64,000 nt of DNA, taken from the sequence record ON529851.1. One strand, given 5' to 3'. Shown one piece after another: positions 36,001-44,368 of the stretch. The notes under the pieces were generated by a model, which searched no databases, was not told where the DNA came from, and was given only the letters and a program-made list of their open reading frames with translations. Positions within the stretch are counted from its first letter, which is position 1; each line of letters starts with the position of its first letter. A program made the position numbers and the translations under genes.

Positions 36001-36428
36001 GGCATTCCCGACACGTCGGACAGGTCGCGCAGCAGTCCCATGCCCGAAATGGGGTCAGGAACGACGAAGCGCACGTCGGCGCCGTCCGACACCACCAGGC
36101 CGATCCGATTGGCGGGAAGTTCCGCCGACAAGCCGGTTCCGGCGACCTTGACCACGACCGAGGCCGTGCCCTGGTTCTCGATGGCGAACCAGCGCGGCGT
36201 CCCCGGAACCGTCACGGTCCGCGCCGCCGTATGCCCCGCGAACTGAAGCAGGAAATACTTGGTGAACTGATCGGTGTTGAGGGTGACGTCACCCGCTGCC
36301 AGCGACACCGTCAACGCGTCGTTCATCGCCGCTTCGAGAATGGCGATCGCGGTATTGATCGTCGCCTCCTTCTGCTCCTGGTTGGCGGCAACCTGGGGCA
36401 GGTGGAGAATCGGGGTGTAGTCGGTCAT
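27081..36428 (-). CDS. Giant (3115 aa) tail fibre/adhesin: DUF2793-like N-terminus, ~20 L-x-x-L-x-D-V spacer repeats, four discoidin-like modules, a CBM-like module and a Gly-rich domain
   Basis: ORF track plus repeats visible in the translation. Confidence 0.88.
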   Translation of the reverse strand: MTDYTPILHLPQVAANQEQKEATINTAIAILEAAMNDALTVSLAAGDVTLNTDQFTKYFLLQFAGHTAARTVTVPGTPRWFAIENQGTASVVVKVAGTGLSAELPANRIGLVVSDGADVRFVVPDPISGMGLLRDLSDVSGMPTDGQLLRYNAATNSWSPWTLAMSFAQLTDTPSSLAGNAGSLVAVNAAGTRLEFVSSAANVNSFVDLDDTPNSYAGAANRHVVVNAGGSGLTYATPYLRENSDFPNSYAGQSGKFVQVNATNNGVQFAMPTVADLSNGPGAPVFADALTYLRVNAAGTGWEYAPGTGGPVNFTELLDTPNSFTGQAGKLARVATDEDRLIFGTLRLTELSDTPNVYTDAAGMVLRVNSTQSGMVFGRLKLADLSDGPGAMAPANALRYLRVNANGTALEYVRPSITEMAGVASMVGAGGRFVRVNGNEDGFEYVLNAVDVAFIGLTDTPANYQNAQNKFVAVNPAGTGLIFVPAPSGGGGGGATTLDQLTDVTIVDPAAGEVLTYRDGVWGSEPVPATGGGANALVELTDVAYPDGPPTEDYVLTYKSGFWTPQPSATAAIPQALDDLTDVDFSAGTPLNGDLLTFYNGVWVYAPPQAIAGEGLRFGEHRDWRLFFRTPAAVAIDITALILREGAGLPQAAVGGTPAASAEPSGFPAAAAFDDDPATYWRAPSDAADESWLRYTFAAPVEINALTLTPAALRQLPIAWDVQFSDDGGLTWITAWSETRVSGWGAAETLESIPTRAKLSFAQLSDSPGPMTAHGGKVVRVSEDGTKLEYAVFTPPISDLADLGDVNLNPAPVNGEVLTFKDGEWIAEPPAATVLPDIALDDLTDAATAGQQDGDLLGRRGGLWTPVTSPTDLGRHAYWRVVVDDTAAYPGTTTVVIAELLLRAVPGGPQQATGGTAIGTGGNQNGAFDGTTGDAWTAALPDAWIGYHFAAPVALQEIAVTASAVAGWATNYSPEVLRVQYSDDGVTWFAGWTVTGQTGWTTAQQRVFTRPGVTTSFLDHRDTPSTYVAQANKLVQVKADESGLEFVPKPSIPATLNDLTDVDLTVAPTADQLLTFKDGVWTAEDAAKVDYADLLNPPMIPTTLDDLVDVDLTEPSPEFGEVLTYVNVVDVGGVWRARRMRLSMLGDVRQPPNPTNGQVLTWIDSGVEGSGYWEARTPDGSGPGGDYPIYIYDGRQIESGVGVPDWAMPSGSLYMRHDPGDLYVSRATPRLAAKIEQTRGFVSPNPGPLTWAYDQPIQTGNWLILVYASGTSGPVSLDALWTVVNTAPGADINVTIAYRKIDDTEASPLPITATATPEDAWAVYEVSGLGDAWADFYQTAFAAGSTSGAFAPAAYTAPTSSPYTFAIGALFEKGGTTPGTLRGEFGNEPIADRVDALNMSVAGTWSLDPDADATVTATLGAGSPLWAYAAIYFDTLHRYGENLEPAWIKVALDGDALTTSLAALTDVDLTTPPVDGQGLVYRDGVWTADDLAPAELDPARQALPLEIVNPGAELGVTGWTMTAGAFTAGAVPGSDGANAFRATQNTGVCEMAQTIALDPALADFIDAGRGTVTVAFRYIYTSTEATRAQVTIEALDAAGVPIDSGASPQYLTTAAWQTGTVTHALPPLTRSVRLVANSTRTSTWNYGAFDSFAGQVMVSSTYPALADLPDVGPWTAAPQPGEVLTFRDGAWQHETPPPSEVKFGAHAYWRVIFHNTSTASWVTAKELIFRAAAGGPQLATGGTASSSTAWPGQVAANAFDGDPLTKWQNNGDNDGAWIRYAFPTPVEVNHVTLTVDSSRTATSLGVQYSDDGVTWITAWKDVRASWANGATLELAPTQSKQAFARLGDGPGPLGGQGGKLVAVDAAGVALTYVPSVTKLNDLSDVSVEPTADQVMTYRNGAWLSDVAPVSAHLSFGAHTRWRIYFRTTVSDYITVRDVVMSHVFGGPQLAVGGTPTASSTRSATYSADKAFDADTATYWQSVLSASTGTWLRYDFASPVEIGHVSLTTAGTRTGAIAWDVQYSDDGTNWTTAYSRGTATGWTAPTLYPTGSRDRIAFTRLIDAPASYAGQGGKVVAVRADGQGLEFLPFADGTLKIPTHRGEYGVTTGYVTYDFEGFPPDVFANAYAAGWAIVDQDDAPYTKVLKSPIIGANSATEFTFTVVADATTPNLTLRYRVQSEPSVDLFRVYVDDVQVLSDSGAENPFKTFTTPLATGTRTIRLRYAKDGTSDRGSDDVRLSYIRCNGVYSAEPYVAGDTVTHDGVFYICLVNGATDAPGTSGQWQRLPDRLGQLDGVDLSTAPAADQVLTFKDGVWSARNLPASSGGVPALSELTDVTFDTPPAEDNVLTFKDGAWRPGAGVRGLFLENAEIGSGEGPPVDLKPAGSFYIDELTQQVYQSDFHPPTLAPAPTIVQQVLAMVSTGASGPAPVTAVLPATPQAGNWLVALLCEQTVPTAGSGWTLVPDAPVSSADRVIPAMAYRQATGADTATLTPFVTGSTPSITSAGAVAIFEIAGLSSWEDAVAGIVWEDQTTYLASASGVDRAPLTAPENHDSLALALYAVRPSSATLTVTAPWTVLAQDSGTVSTSNRRAVLASAVVSASASIAPKAAFTGMTEAGFVSVILKGPAEPQGGWSRYTGNLSLTDLVNVADTAATQGTVLTYRDGQWTPETPETGVAGTGEPEVVAPLGTIYQRRDDIGEAWVATLVPNTLPATQTYQATGARQTFTVVGPYTSLTFHMWGAGGGGGSYSGSQGGTSGAGGFTVATIPVADGDVIELDVPTGGGAGIRTPGSVGAGFGGWPDGGEGRMGDVMPGGGGGSARVWKNGVLMAVAGGGGGGSGYVTAGGAGGGVAGQNASSSGGTGGTQTAGGYAAATPAASDKFGGYLMGGVGGAGADRFVTTADDGAGGGGGYYGGGGGGGDGRAGGGGSGYLNAAAGVVGTLVAGDRLVPGGTDDPHYQTGIGIGVPPTNTPASGVPGAPGQIVMVSTPPVQGWRRLSTTDDLAPAFEQDLLKISVQAEADGDYVLALSDRRGFRSFSSTFNRTVTVPPHSAVAFPLGASVSVRRSGAGTLTVLAGAGVTLEYPADMLPRLRRPHSVASLVQTATDVWSLFGDLEPV

Positions 36429-36462
36429 TGAGGCGTCGCCGGAGAACAGGCTGGAAGAGAAG

Positions 36463-36834
36463 TCAGGCGGTCAGCAGGAAGACGTCGACGCCGTCCGAAA
36501 CCACGAGACGGCGCGCGCCGACCGCAAGAGCGGCGGTCGCGCCCGTCGGCGAGCATTGCAGGGTCAGCGCCGCCGAGCCCTCGTTGGAGGCGGCGAAGAA
36601 ACGCGGCGTCGCCGGAAGGGTGACCACCAGCGGCACGGCGTGGCCGCTGAACCGCAGGTGGAAGGCCCGCGTGAACTCCGCCTTGCTCAGGGTCTTCGGA
36701 ACCGTGGTCAGGGTGATGACGCGCTGGGCGTTGGCGGCCTGCTCCAGCACCGACACCGCCGTATTGATCGTCGCTTCTTTTTGGTTCTGGTTGGGGCTGA
36801 CCTGGGTGATGTCCAGGATCGGGGAGTTCGCCAT
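36463..36834 (-). CDS. Short paralog of the giant fibre N-terminal anchor (123 aa)
   Basis: NQNQKEATINTAVSVLE versus NQEQKEATINTAIAILE. Confidence 0.8.
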   Translation of the reverse strand: MANSPILDITQVSPNQNQKEATINTAVSVLEQAANAQRVITLTTVPKTLSKAEFTRAFHLRFSGHAVPLVVTLPATPRFFAASNEGSAALTLQCSPTGATAALAVGARRLVVSDGVDVFLLTA

Positions 36835-36915
36835 CTATCATCCATGCCGAAACCGGCCGTCGCACAGGACAGCGCGGGAGCGCCGGACAAGCCCGGCGCG
36901 ATTACAGAGGGGGTC

Positions 36916-39900
36916 TTAAAAATCCTGCCAGGGCTCGATCGAACGAACACCGGGGAAACCACGGCCAACCGCAGTAGATAGTTGATAGATCAGAACGTGG
37001 ATCGAGTCAAGATTTACGTCAAAGGGTTCCAGGAATCCCGACACATCGAACGTCAGCATCGCGCTGTCCGTCTCCGCCCGGTAGAGCACCTGGCTCTCGG
37101 CAGGGACCTCGTCGCTGCGCGACAGGTCGCCGGAGAACGGCGCCTTGAGGATGAAGACCTCATAGCGTTCACGGCCTTCATTCAGCGGGACCGATCCGGT
37201 CAGGTCCTGCATATTGCCGCCCATGCGCGTCCGCCGCTTCCACGTCAGGGTCACGCTGGAGCCGCTCACGGACCGGCGGATGTCCTTGGGCGCGTAGGGC
37301 ATCAGATCGCGCGGCTCGTAGCGGGTGATGGTGGCCGGCGACAACTCCGGCTTGATCCCGTCGCCGACCGCCCGGTGCCAGCGGGTCTTTGCGCGCTGAT
37401 CCAGCAGTTCGGCGCCCGGTTCGATCGTGTTCGGCGAGAGGACGACGAACATCTCGCCCAGGCCGTGCGAGGCGCAGGCGTATTCAGTCCCGCGTCGTCC
37501 GCGCAGGAGATTCCAGATCGTCCAGGACCCGTCGGCGTTCTCCACGCAATCGCGGAACTGGATCAGTTCGGCGCCGAGCGCGCACAGGTTGGCGCCGTCC
37601 CACAGTTCGTCGTCGGTGATCGATTCCAGTTCGAACCAATCGATCGTCGGCCAGAGCGTGATCCGGGTCTCCCAGTCGAGCCCGTGCGCGCCGTGTCGCG
37701 GCGGCGGCACGATGCCCGACACCTGCGCCCACTCCGTATCCTGATCCGTCAGGTAGACGAGTTCATAGCTGGCCCCGTCAACGGACCGCCACATCCCGGC
37801 GCCGTCGAACGGCGTCTGTCCGCCGTGGGCCACACCGAGATAGTGCAGCGAATAGGCGCCGCCCGTATCGTCGGCGTCGCGCATCAGCGGGGTGTTCAGC
37901 ACGATCGCCTTGGCGGCGCGCGGCGGGATGAACGGGAGAGGATCGATCACCCCCGACCCGCCGTCCGCCACGGCGTCGCTTTCATAGGCCATAGAGTCCT
38001 GGCTGAAGGTCTCCAGGGCATAAGCCCAGTTGGCGCCGAACTCGGTCTGATGCAGACGTTCGCGATAGCGGCGGCCGTCGGTGAAACGCACGTCGACGAT
38101 GTCGGCGGGATCGAGATCGATGTAGGCCCAGGGCAGGCTGGTGGTGTGTTGCGTGCGCTCGGCCCACTGCGCCCAGAGCATGCGATTGACCTGATCCTTC
38201 GCCTCTTTCGCCGTCATGACGACGCCGATCTCCATCGACACCTGCTGATAGGAGAACATCGCCGGGATCGGATTGGAGATGCGCCGGGTCTGGGCGGTCG
38301 AGGTCTCGAAGTCCTGATCCCAGTTCATGTAGGACAGGTGAACGCGGCGCGGCATGTCGGCGTCCTGGATGCGGCTTTCCTTCCAGTAATCGACCCCCTG
38401 GCCGTCGCCGCTCGTGCCCAGAAGTCGGGAGGTGATGCGGCGCACGGGCTGGCCCACGCGCGTTTCGTTCGATCCCGCCCCGCGCATGACGCCGACCATG
38501 ACGCCGTTGCGCTCCACCAGGTCGAACATGTAGAGCATGCGAAGCTGCGCCAGCACCGAGCGCAGGTCGGACAAAGACGCCCAGCCGTATCCGCGCACAG
38601 GTTGAGTCTGCAAGGCGGTGAGGTCGTACTGCGCCGGCGTCAGGCCCGCCCGATTCAGCAAAAGCGCCACGAGCCCCGCCAGCGTCGTGGACTCAGCCTT
38701 AACCGTCAGGCCCTTGCGGATGACCTGGACCCCCTGGGTGCCCCCGTAGGTCACGATCTGACCGTTGGCCGGATCAGCGTACTGGCTCACGACCGTCAGG
38801 AAGTTGACCGTGTTTCCGGTCGGTCCGTAGATGGGCTGGCCGCGATAGAGGAGATTGGACTGAGTCGTCTCCACGGCCGCCTGCGACATCCAGTCAGGAT
38901 CGATCGCCGCGTAAGGGTCGTGAATCTCGACGATGTAGTCGCCGGAGGCTGCGTTCATCTTGTAGAGACGCGACCCGGACACCCACCAGAACTCGCCCGT
39001 CGTCAGCACGGACGATTGCACCCCGGCGACCCCGGCGTTGAGCGCGTTTTTACGCCAGGCCCAACGGTTCTGTTCCGGCAGATACTTGCCGATGAAATGA
39101 CGTTGGGCGTTACGCCACACCAGCAACACGCCCTTGTCGGCGGGGTCGTAGTGGCATCCCAGCACCTGGAAGTTGCTGATCGCCCCCTCATTCTCAATGG
39201 CGACGACTTCGGTTTTCGCCCATCCACCGGCCTGGGACACGCGATACAGGCGCAGGTGCGTGACCATGCCGCCCGAGGAGTCGCCGCCCTCGAAGATGTA
39301 GAAGGTCGCGCTCGGCTCGCCAGAGACCCCCACGTAGTAGCTGGAGCCGTAGACGCCGCGACTCTGCGACCCCAGATCGGCCAGGCCGCCCAGACCGAAC
39401 GACGAGGTGCACAAGGCGCGCTGATAGCCCAGCACGCTGGCATACATGCACCATTCACGGCCCTCGCGATCGACGCTGAACGCGCCCACGCGGTTGCCGG
39501 AGGGAAACTCGGTCGTCGAGTTGGACGACTGCCCGAACCGCCCGATCACCTCATAGGTCACAGGGTCGTAGAGAATGAACGGCTCGGAGTTGGAGAACCC
39601 GCCGTCGCCCTGGGTGACCAGGGCGCCCGTGCTGGGCGAGACGCCCAACAAAGCCGCCAGACCCGGCGTGGCGCCGCGCCCTTCCTCACTCTGGCTGGAG
39701 GGACGCAAGGTGGCGATGCCGCCGTTCGTCAGGCCCACGGCGAGCATGTCCATCTCGCCGTTGTAGGCGACCTCAGACGTCTGGTAGCTGGTGATGCGCG
39801 AGAAGGCGATCGGCGAGGCGCGGCCGATGATTTCGCCCTCTCCGTCGCCCTGGGCGAACACCTCGACGCTGATCTGAGGGATCGAATTACCGAAGTCTTC

Positions 39901-40386
39901 CAGAGGCATGTCCTGGAACAGAATATAGGCCAGGCCGCGATAGGCCGGCGTATTCCCTTCTCCCACGATCTTCTCGATCGTCGGATCGGGCATCTGGTTT
40001 TCCCCACCGTCGTAGACCTTGAATTTGAAGGTCTTCTTGATGGCGAGTTTGCCGGTGCCGGTGGCGTCGTAGATCAGCTTATGGTTGGCCCAAATCTTAC
40101 GAACGTTCGTGATCGGACCCCGGCAAATCGCCATCGCGAACGTGCCGGTGTAGAGGTAATATTTGTAGCGCTTTAGCGCGACCGTCTTCTTCTTCTTGAT
40201 CTCCTTGATCTTGTCGGTCCAGATCATGTTGCCCGCCACCCGGACGATTCCATAGGCGTTCGGGATCGCCGCTCCATAGGTGGAGGCGGAGATTTTCAGG
40301 TCCTTCAGGCGAGGTCCTTCGGCCGGGAACAGGAAACCGATCCCGATCTGGGCCACCGCCATAACGGCGAACGAAAACGGGTCCAT
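36916..40386 (-). CDS. Central tail-tip/baseplate protein (GTA g15 / phage-tail_3 type), copy 2
   Basis: EGPRLKDLKISASTYGAAIP, PAYRGLAY, DFGNSIPQIS, LWNLLRGRRGTE. Confidence 0.88.
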   Translation of the reverse strand: MDPFSFAVMAVAQIGIGFLFPAEGPRLKDLKISASTYGAAIPNAYGIVRVAGNMIWTDKIKEIKKKKTVALKRYKYYLYTGTFAMAICRGPITNVRKIWANHKLIYDATGTGKLAIKKTFKFKVYDGGENQMPDPTIEKIVGEGNTPAYRGLAYILFQDMPLEDFGNSIPQISVEVFAQGDGEGEIIGRASPIAFSRITSYQTSEVAYNGEMDMLAVGLTNGGIATLRPSSQSEEGRGATPGLAALLGVSPSTGALVTQGDGGFSNSEPFILYDPVTYEVIGRFGQSSNSTTEFPSGNRVGAFSVDREGREWCMYASVLGYQRALCTSSFGLGGLADLGSQSRGVYGSSYYVGVSGEPSATFYIFEGGDSSGGMVTHLRLYRVSQAGGWAKTEVVAIENEGAISNFQVLGCHYDPADKGVLLVWRNAQRHFIGKYLPEQNRWAWRKNALNAGVAGVQSSVLTTGEFWWVSGSRLYKMNAASGDYIVEIHDPYAAIDPDWMSQAAVETTQSNLLYRGQPIYGPTGNTVNFLTVVSQYADPANGQIVTYGGTQGVQVIRKGLTVKAESTTLAGLVALLLNRAGLTPAQYDLTALQTQPVRGYGWASLSDLRSVLAQLRMLYMFDLVERNGVMVGVMRGAGSNETRVGQPVRRITSRLLGTSGDGQGVDYWKESRIQDADMPRRVHLSYMNWDQDFETSTAQTRRISNPIPAMFSYQQVSMEIGVVMTAKEAKDQVNRMLWAQWAERTQHTTSLPWAYIDLDPADIVDVRFTDGRRYRERLHQTEFGANWAYALETFSQDSMAYESDAVADGGSGVIDPLPFIPPRAAKAIVLNTPLMRDADDTGGAYSLHYLGVAHGGQTPFDGAGMWRSVDGASYELVYLTDQDTEWAQVSGIVPPPRHGAHGLDWETRITLWPTIDWFELESITDDELWDGANLCALGAELIQFRDCVENADGSWTIWNLLRGRRGTEYACASHGLGEMFVVLSPNTIEPGAELLDQRAKTRWHRAVGDGIKPELSPATITRYEPRDLMPYAPKDIRRSVSGSSVTLTWKRRTRMGGNMQDLTGSVPLNEGRERYEVFILKAPFSGDLSRSDEVPAESQVLYRAETDSAMLTFDVSGFLEPFDVNLDSIHVLIYQLSTAVGRGFPGVRSIEPWQDF

Positions 40387-43300
40387 CAGAAGGTCTCGTC
40401 GGGAGCAACGGAGCGCAGCGCCGGGAAGCCCCGGCCCACGGCGTCGGAAAGCTGGTAGATCACCAGATGCAAGGTGTCGGTGAGAGGGTCGAAGCCGTCT
40501 TCGGCCTGGGCCGCCGTGTCGTAGACGAACTGAGGCGTGGCCGTCTCGTACCGGCGGCGGTAGGTTTCGGGGCCGCGCCCGCGTGACCGGTCGCCGTCAA
40601 AGGGGGCGTCCAGCACGTAGGCCTCATAGCGCTCGATCCGTTCCGCCAGGGGCACTTCGCCGGTGCCGTCCTGCATGTTGCCGCCGAAACGGGTGCAGCG
40701 GCTCCAGGTGACCGTGAAGTCGTTGGTCGTTTCAGCCTTCGCCCGGCGCAGATCGGCCGGAGGATAGGGCATGAGGTCACGCGGTTCGTAGGCCAGGCTC
40801 AGAACGCCCTGGGTCGCCAGCGATCCGCCCGAGGCGACCGCCTTGAAGAAGCGGGCCTGACCGCGCGCGCTGGTCTGGTCGACGGCGAAGCCGACCGTAT
40901 CCGACGACAGGAAGACAAAACGTTCGCCGGCTTTGTGGCCGTCGCAGGCGTATTCCGTGCCCCGGCGCGCGCGCAGCAGATTCCACAGACTCCAGGTGCC
41001 GTCTTCGTTCTCGACGCAGTCCCGGAACTGAATGATCTCGTCGCCGACCAGGGCGAGGTTGGCGCCGGCCCAGAGTTCGTCGTCGGTGACGGATTCCACC
41101 ACGAACCAGCCCACCGCCGGCCGGATCGTCAACCGGCTGGTCCAGTCCAGGGCATAGGCCCCGAACGGCGGCGGCGGCAGAACGTCTCCGATGACGGTGC
41201 CCCACTCCAGGTCGGAGTCCGGCGACGGGATGACGTCATAGTCGAGGTTATTGACCGAACGCAACAAGGCCCCGCCCGTCCAGGTCTGCTCCATGCCGTT
41301 GCCGAGCCCGACGTAGTAGATGCTGGCCGACCCGCCCTGATCGTCCATATCGCGCATCAGGGGCGTATTGAACACGAACGGAAGCGCCAGGCCCGGCGGC
41401 AGGATGGCGGACGACCCTCCAGACCCTGCGCCGCCGTCCGCCTCCATTTCATCCCACCCGTCATAGGCGCCAGAGTCCTGGGCGTAGCATTCCGTGCCCA
41501 TGATGAAGTCGGCGCCGATCTCGGTGCGGTCGATGCGATCCTCATAAAGGCGGCCGTCGTCCATCCGCACATTGATGGTGTCGCCAGGATCGAGCATCAG
41601 GTAGGACCAGGGCAGGAAGGTGCGATGGCGCACCCGTTCCGCCCACTGCGCATACAGCATCTTGTGGACCTGGGCCTTGGCCTCTTTCGCCGCCATGACG
41701 ATGTTGATCTCCATGCTCACCTGCTGTCGCGAGAACATGGTCGGGACCGGCGAGGCGATCCGCACGGAATGGGCCGTCGAGGTCTCAAAGTCGCGATCGA
41801 CGTTCATGTAGGAGATCGTGACGCGCGCCGGCAGATCGGCTTCCTGAAGGCGCGTTTCGCTCCAGAAATCGGTGGCTTCCGGCGATGACGACCCCAGCGC
41901 CGCTTGCGGGATGACCTCGACCGGCACGCCCATGCCGTTGGTGTCGTCCGCCCGCATGGACGCCACCAGCAGGCCTTCCCGCTCCACCAGATCGAACAGG
42001 AACAGGCGACGCAGTTCGTCGAGCACGCCCTTGATGTCGGTGGCCGACGCCCAGCCGTAGCCCCGGATCGGAATCGCATAGAGCGCCGACAGGTCGGTGC
42101 GCATCAGCGGCATGCCGCCTTCTTCGAGAAGGCGCGCCACGATGGTGCCGACGCTGACGCCGGTGGCGATGTTCGTCGCCTTGACGACGCCGTCCACTCC
42201 GTCGAGTGCGATCAGCAACCCGCGCTGGGCGTCGATCGCCTGGAGCGTCGCCACGCCGCCGACGTAAGGCTCCTTGAGCGGAATACCCGCGCCTTGCGTG
42301 CTCTCGATCATGTTCACAGTGCGCCCTGCCGCCTGTCCGCCGGACATGTAGTCATGCTGCGCATAGGCTTCAGGGCTGTCGGCGTAGGCCCAGCCGAATT
42401 CGTAGTAGTCCGCCAGAACCTGAGGATAACGGGCCAGATAGTCCGCCCAGTCAGGCGTGCCGGTGGCTTCACCGGCGTCTTCGCCGTCGATCGGCGTGCC
42501 CGTTGCGGTGTCCAGGAGATAGACGCGCCCCTCCACGAGCCATGCAAGCTGGGACTCCAGCGTGCGGCTCTCCGGCGCGATTTGGGGCGGGTATCCGGGG
42601 ATGGCGCGCGACCAGGCGACGGCGCCGGTGTCCTCGTTCCACTTGGTCAGATAGGCCTGACCGCCGCGCTTCATGAAGATCAACACGCCGGGCATGCCGG
42701 CATCCCACAGGACGGGTCCGACCTCGGTCCCCTCGATCTCGGCGAGGTCTTCAATCCCGTCGGCGGTCACACGCGACAGGCGCAAGGACGCGCCCGTCGG
42801 GCGGACGACGTAGAAGATCGCCGAAGCGGCGATGTCGGTCGGGTCGCGACCGACCATCCGGGCGCCGGAGCCCAGAGACCCCGTCCAAAGGACGTCGAGC
42901 GTGGCGGCGTCGTGCAGGCAGGCGACTCCAGGCCCATCTACAGCCAGGACCCGCATCGCGCCGTTGCTGGCCGAGGCGGGGGCCGCGCGGACGTACTGGA
43001 GCGAGGGCGTATGGGTGGCGACCAGTTGCAGGGAGAAGGGGTCCAGGCGGCCCAGGGCGTTGGGGCCGCCCTCGGGGCCGAACAGGGTGAACAGGGAGCC
43101 GTCGACGCCGCCGCACAGGAGACGGTTGAGCCGCTCGCCCTCGGGATAGCCAAGGGTCTCGGCCGGGTAGAAGACGCGAGCCTTGCCGTCGCGCAGGCTG
43201 ACGGATTTAATGGCGTCGTCGTAGCGCAGGTAGAAGATCGCGCGCGGGAAATCGAAAACCGCTTCACCCTGGTCGCGCTCGCGGTCAAGGTCCGTGACGC

Positions 43301-43943
43301 CGTCCTGTTCGGTCAGCGGCGTCACCACCACGGTGGTGGTTTGCTCACCCACCATCACCTCGGCGGTGATCTGGGGAATGCGGTTGCCGAAATCCTCCAG
43401 AGGCATGTCGTCGAACAGGATATAGGCCAGCCCCCGGAAGGCCGGCGCGTTGCCTTCGCCCAGGTTGGTTTCGATGGCGGAATCCGGCAACTGATCCTCA
43501 TCGCCGCGATAGAAGCGCATCCGGTATTTGGAAACGCCCTGCCCCGTCACACGCTGGGTGATCGCTTCCTTGACCGAGTTGGGTTGGGTCGCCTGCGTGG
43601 GGCTGACGCCGCCCGTGGCGTCGTAGATCAGCTTGTTGTCGGCCCAGATGCGACGGATTTCGCGCACCGGCCCCTGGCACAGCCCCATGGCGAAGGTGCA
43701 GAAGTAGGTATACTGGTTATAGTATCCGCCCTTGCCGGACTTCTTCTTCTTGTTCTCCCGGATCGGCATCGACCAGATCATGTTGCCCGGCACCCGCGTC
43801 AGGCCGAACACCCAGGGAATGGCGGCGCCGTAGGTCGAGGCGCTGATCTTCAGGTCCTTCAGGCGCGGGCCTTCGGACGGGAACAGATAGCTGATCCCGA
43901 CCTGGGCCACCGCCATCATCGCCATGCTGAACGGATCAGCCAT
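40386..43943 (-). CDS. Central tail-tip/baseplate protein (GTA g15 type), copy 1
   Basis: EGPRLKDLKISASTYGAAIP, PAFRGLAY, DFGNRIPQIT, LWNLLRARRGTE. Confidence 0.88.
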   Translation of the reverse strand: MADPFSMAMMAVAQVGISYLFPSEGPRLKDLKISASTYGAAIPWVFGLTRVPGNMIWSMPIRENKKKKSGKGGYYNQYTYFCTFAMGLCQGPVREIRRIWADNKLIYDATGGVSPTQATQPNSVKEAITQRVTGQGVSKYRMRFYRGDEDQLPDSAIETNLGEGNAPAFRGLAYILFDDMPLEDFGNRIPQITAEVMVGEQTTTVVVTPLTEQDGVTDLDRERDQGEAVFDFPRAIFYLRYDDAIKSVSLRDGKARVFYPAETLGYPEGERLNRLLCGGVDGSLFTLFGPEGGPNALGRLDPFSLQLVATHTPSLQYVRAAPASASNGAMRVLAVDGPGVACLHDAATLDVLWTGSLGSGARMVGRDPTDIAASAIFYVVRPTGASLRLSRVTADGIEDLAEIEGTEVGPVLWDAGMPGVLIFMKRGGQAYLTKWNEDTGAVAWSRAIPGYPPQIAPESRTLESQLAWLVEGRVYLLDTATGTPIDGEDAGEATGTPDWADYLARYPQVLADYYEFGWAYADSPEAYAQHDYMSGGQAAGRTVNMIESTQGAGIPLKEPYVGGVATLQAIDAQRGLLIALDGVDGVVKATNIATGVSVGTIVARLLEEGGMPLMRTDLSALYAIPIRGYGWASATDIKGVLDELRRLFLFDLVEREGLLVASMRADDTNGMGVPVEVIPQAALGSSSPEATDFWSETRLQEADLPARVTISYMNVDRDFETSTAHSVRIASPVPTMFSRQQVSMEINIVMAAKEAKAQVHKMLYAQWAERVRHRTFLPWSYLMLDPGDTINVRMDDGRLYEDRIDRTEIGADFIMGTECYAQDSGAYDGWDEMEADGGAGSGGSSAILPPGLALPFVFNTPLMRDMDDQGGSASIYYVGLGNGMEQTWTGGALLRSVNNLDYDVIPSPDSDLEWGTVIGDVLPPPPFGAYALDWTSRLTIRPAVGWFVVESVTDDELWAGANLALVGDEIIQFRDCVENEDGTWSLWNLLRARRGTEYACDGHKAGERFVFLSSDTVGFAVDQTSARGQARFFKAVASGGSLATQGVLSLAYEPRDLMPYPPADLRRAKAETTNDFTVTWSRCTRFGGNMQDGTGEVPLAERIERYEAYVLDAPFDGDRSRGRGPETYRRRYETATPQFVYDTAAQAEDGFDPLTDTLHLVIYQLSDAVGRGFPALRSVAPDETF

Positions 43944-43947
43944 TGTC

Positions 43948-44364
43948 TTAGTCCTCCACGCCGGGGAAATCGAGCACGCAGCGCAGGCGGGTCGACCAGT
44001 AGCCGTCCCATTCCTCTTCGATCACGCTGCGCTTGGAGAGCGAGGCGTGCAGGAGGTAGGGTCGGTCGTATTTTTCAGTGATGATGCCGATGTGGCAGGG
44101 TTGGTGCTGGTCGCGCAGGATCACCGCCGCGCCCGGCGCGATCACCTGGGGGTCGCGGTAGATCATGAAGCGCTTGACGTGATCGACGAAGCGGCCGTCA
44201 GGGTTTCGCGAATAGCCTTCGATGTCCTCGTAAGGCACGTCGAAAGCCGCGCCCACCACGCAGACCAGGCCGATGCAGTCGACGCCGGTCGAGGTGCGCC
44301 CCCGGTGGCGCCAGGGCACGCCCAGCAGTCGGCGGGCTTCATTGATGATGTCTTGACGCAGCAT
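43948..44364 (-). CDS. NlpC/P60 tail-associated peptidase (GTA g14-like)
   Basis: ARRLLGVPWRHRGR..GVDCIGLV, HIGII, LLHA. Confidence 0.92.
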   Translation of the reverse strand: MLRQDIINEARRLLGVPWRHRGRTSTGVDCIGLVCVVGAAFDVPYEDIEGYSRNPDGRFVDHVKRFMIYRDPQVIAPGAAVILRDQHQPCHIGIITEKYDRPYLLHASLSKRSVIEEEWDGYWSTRLRCVLDFPGVED

Positions 44365-44368
44365 GGAG

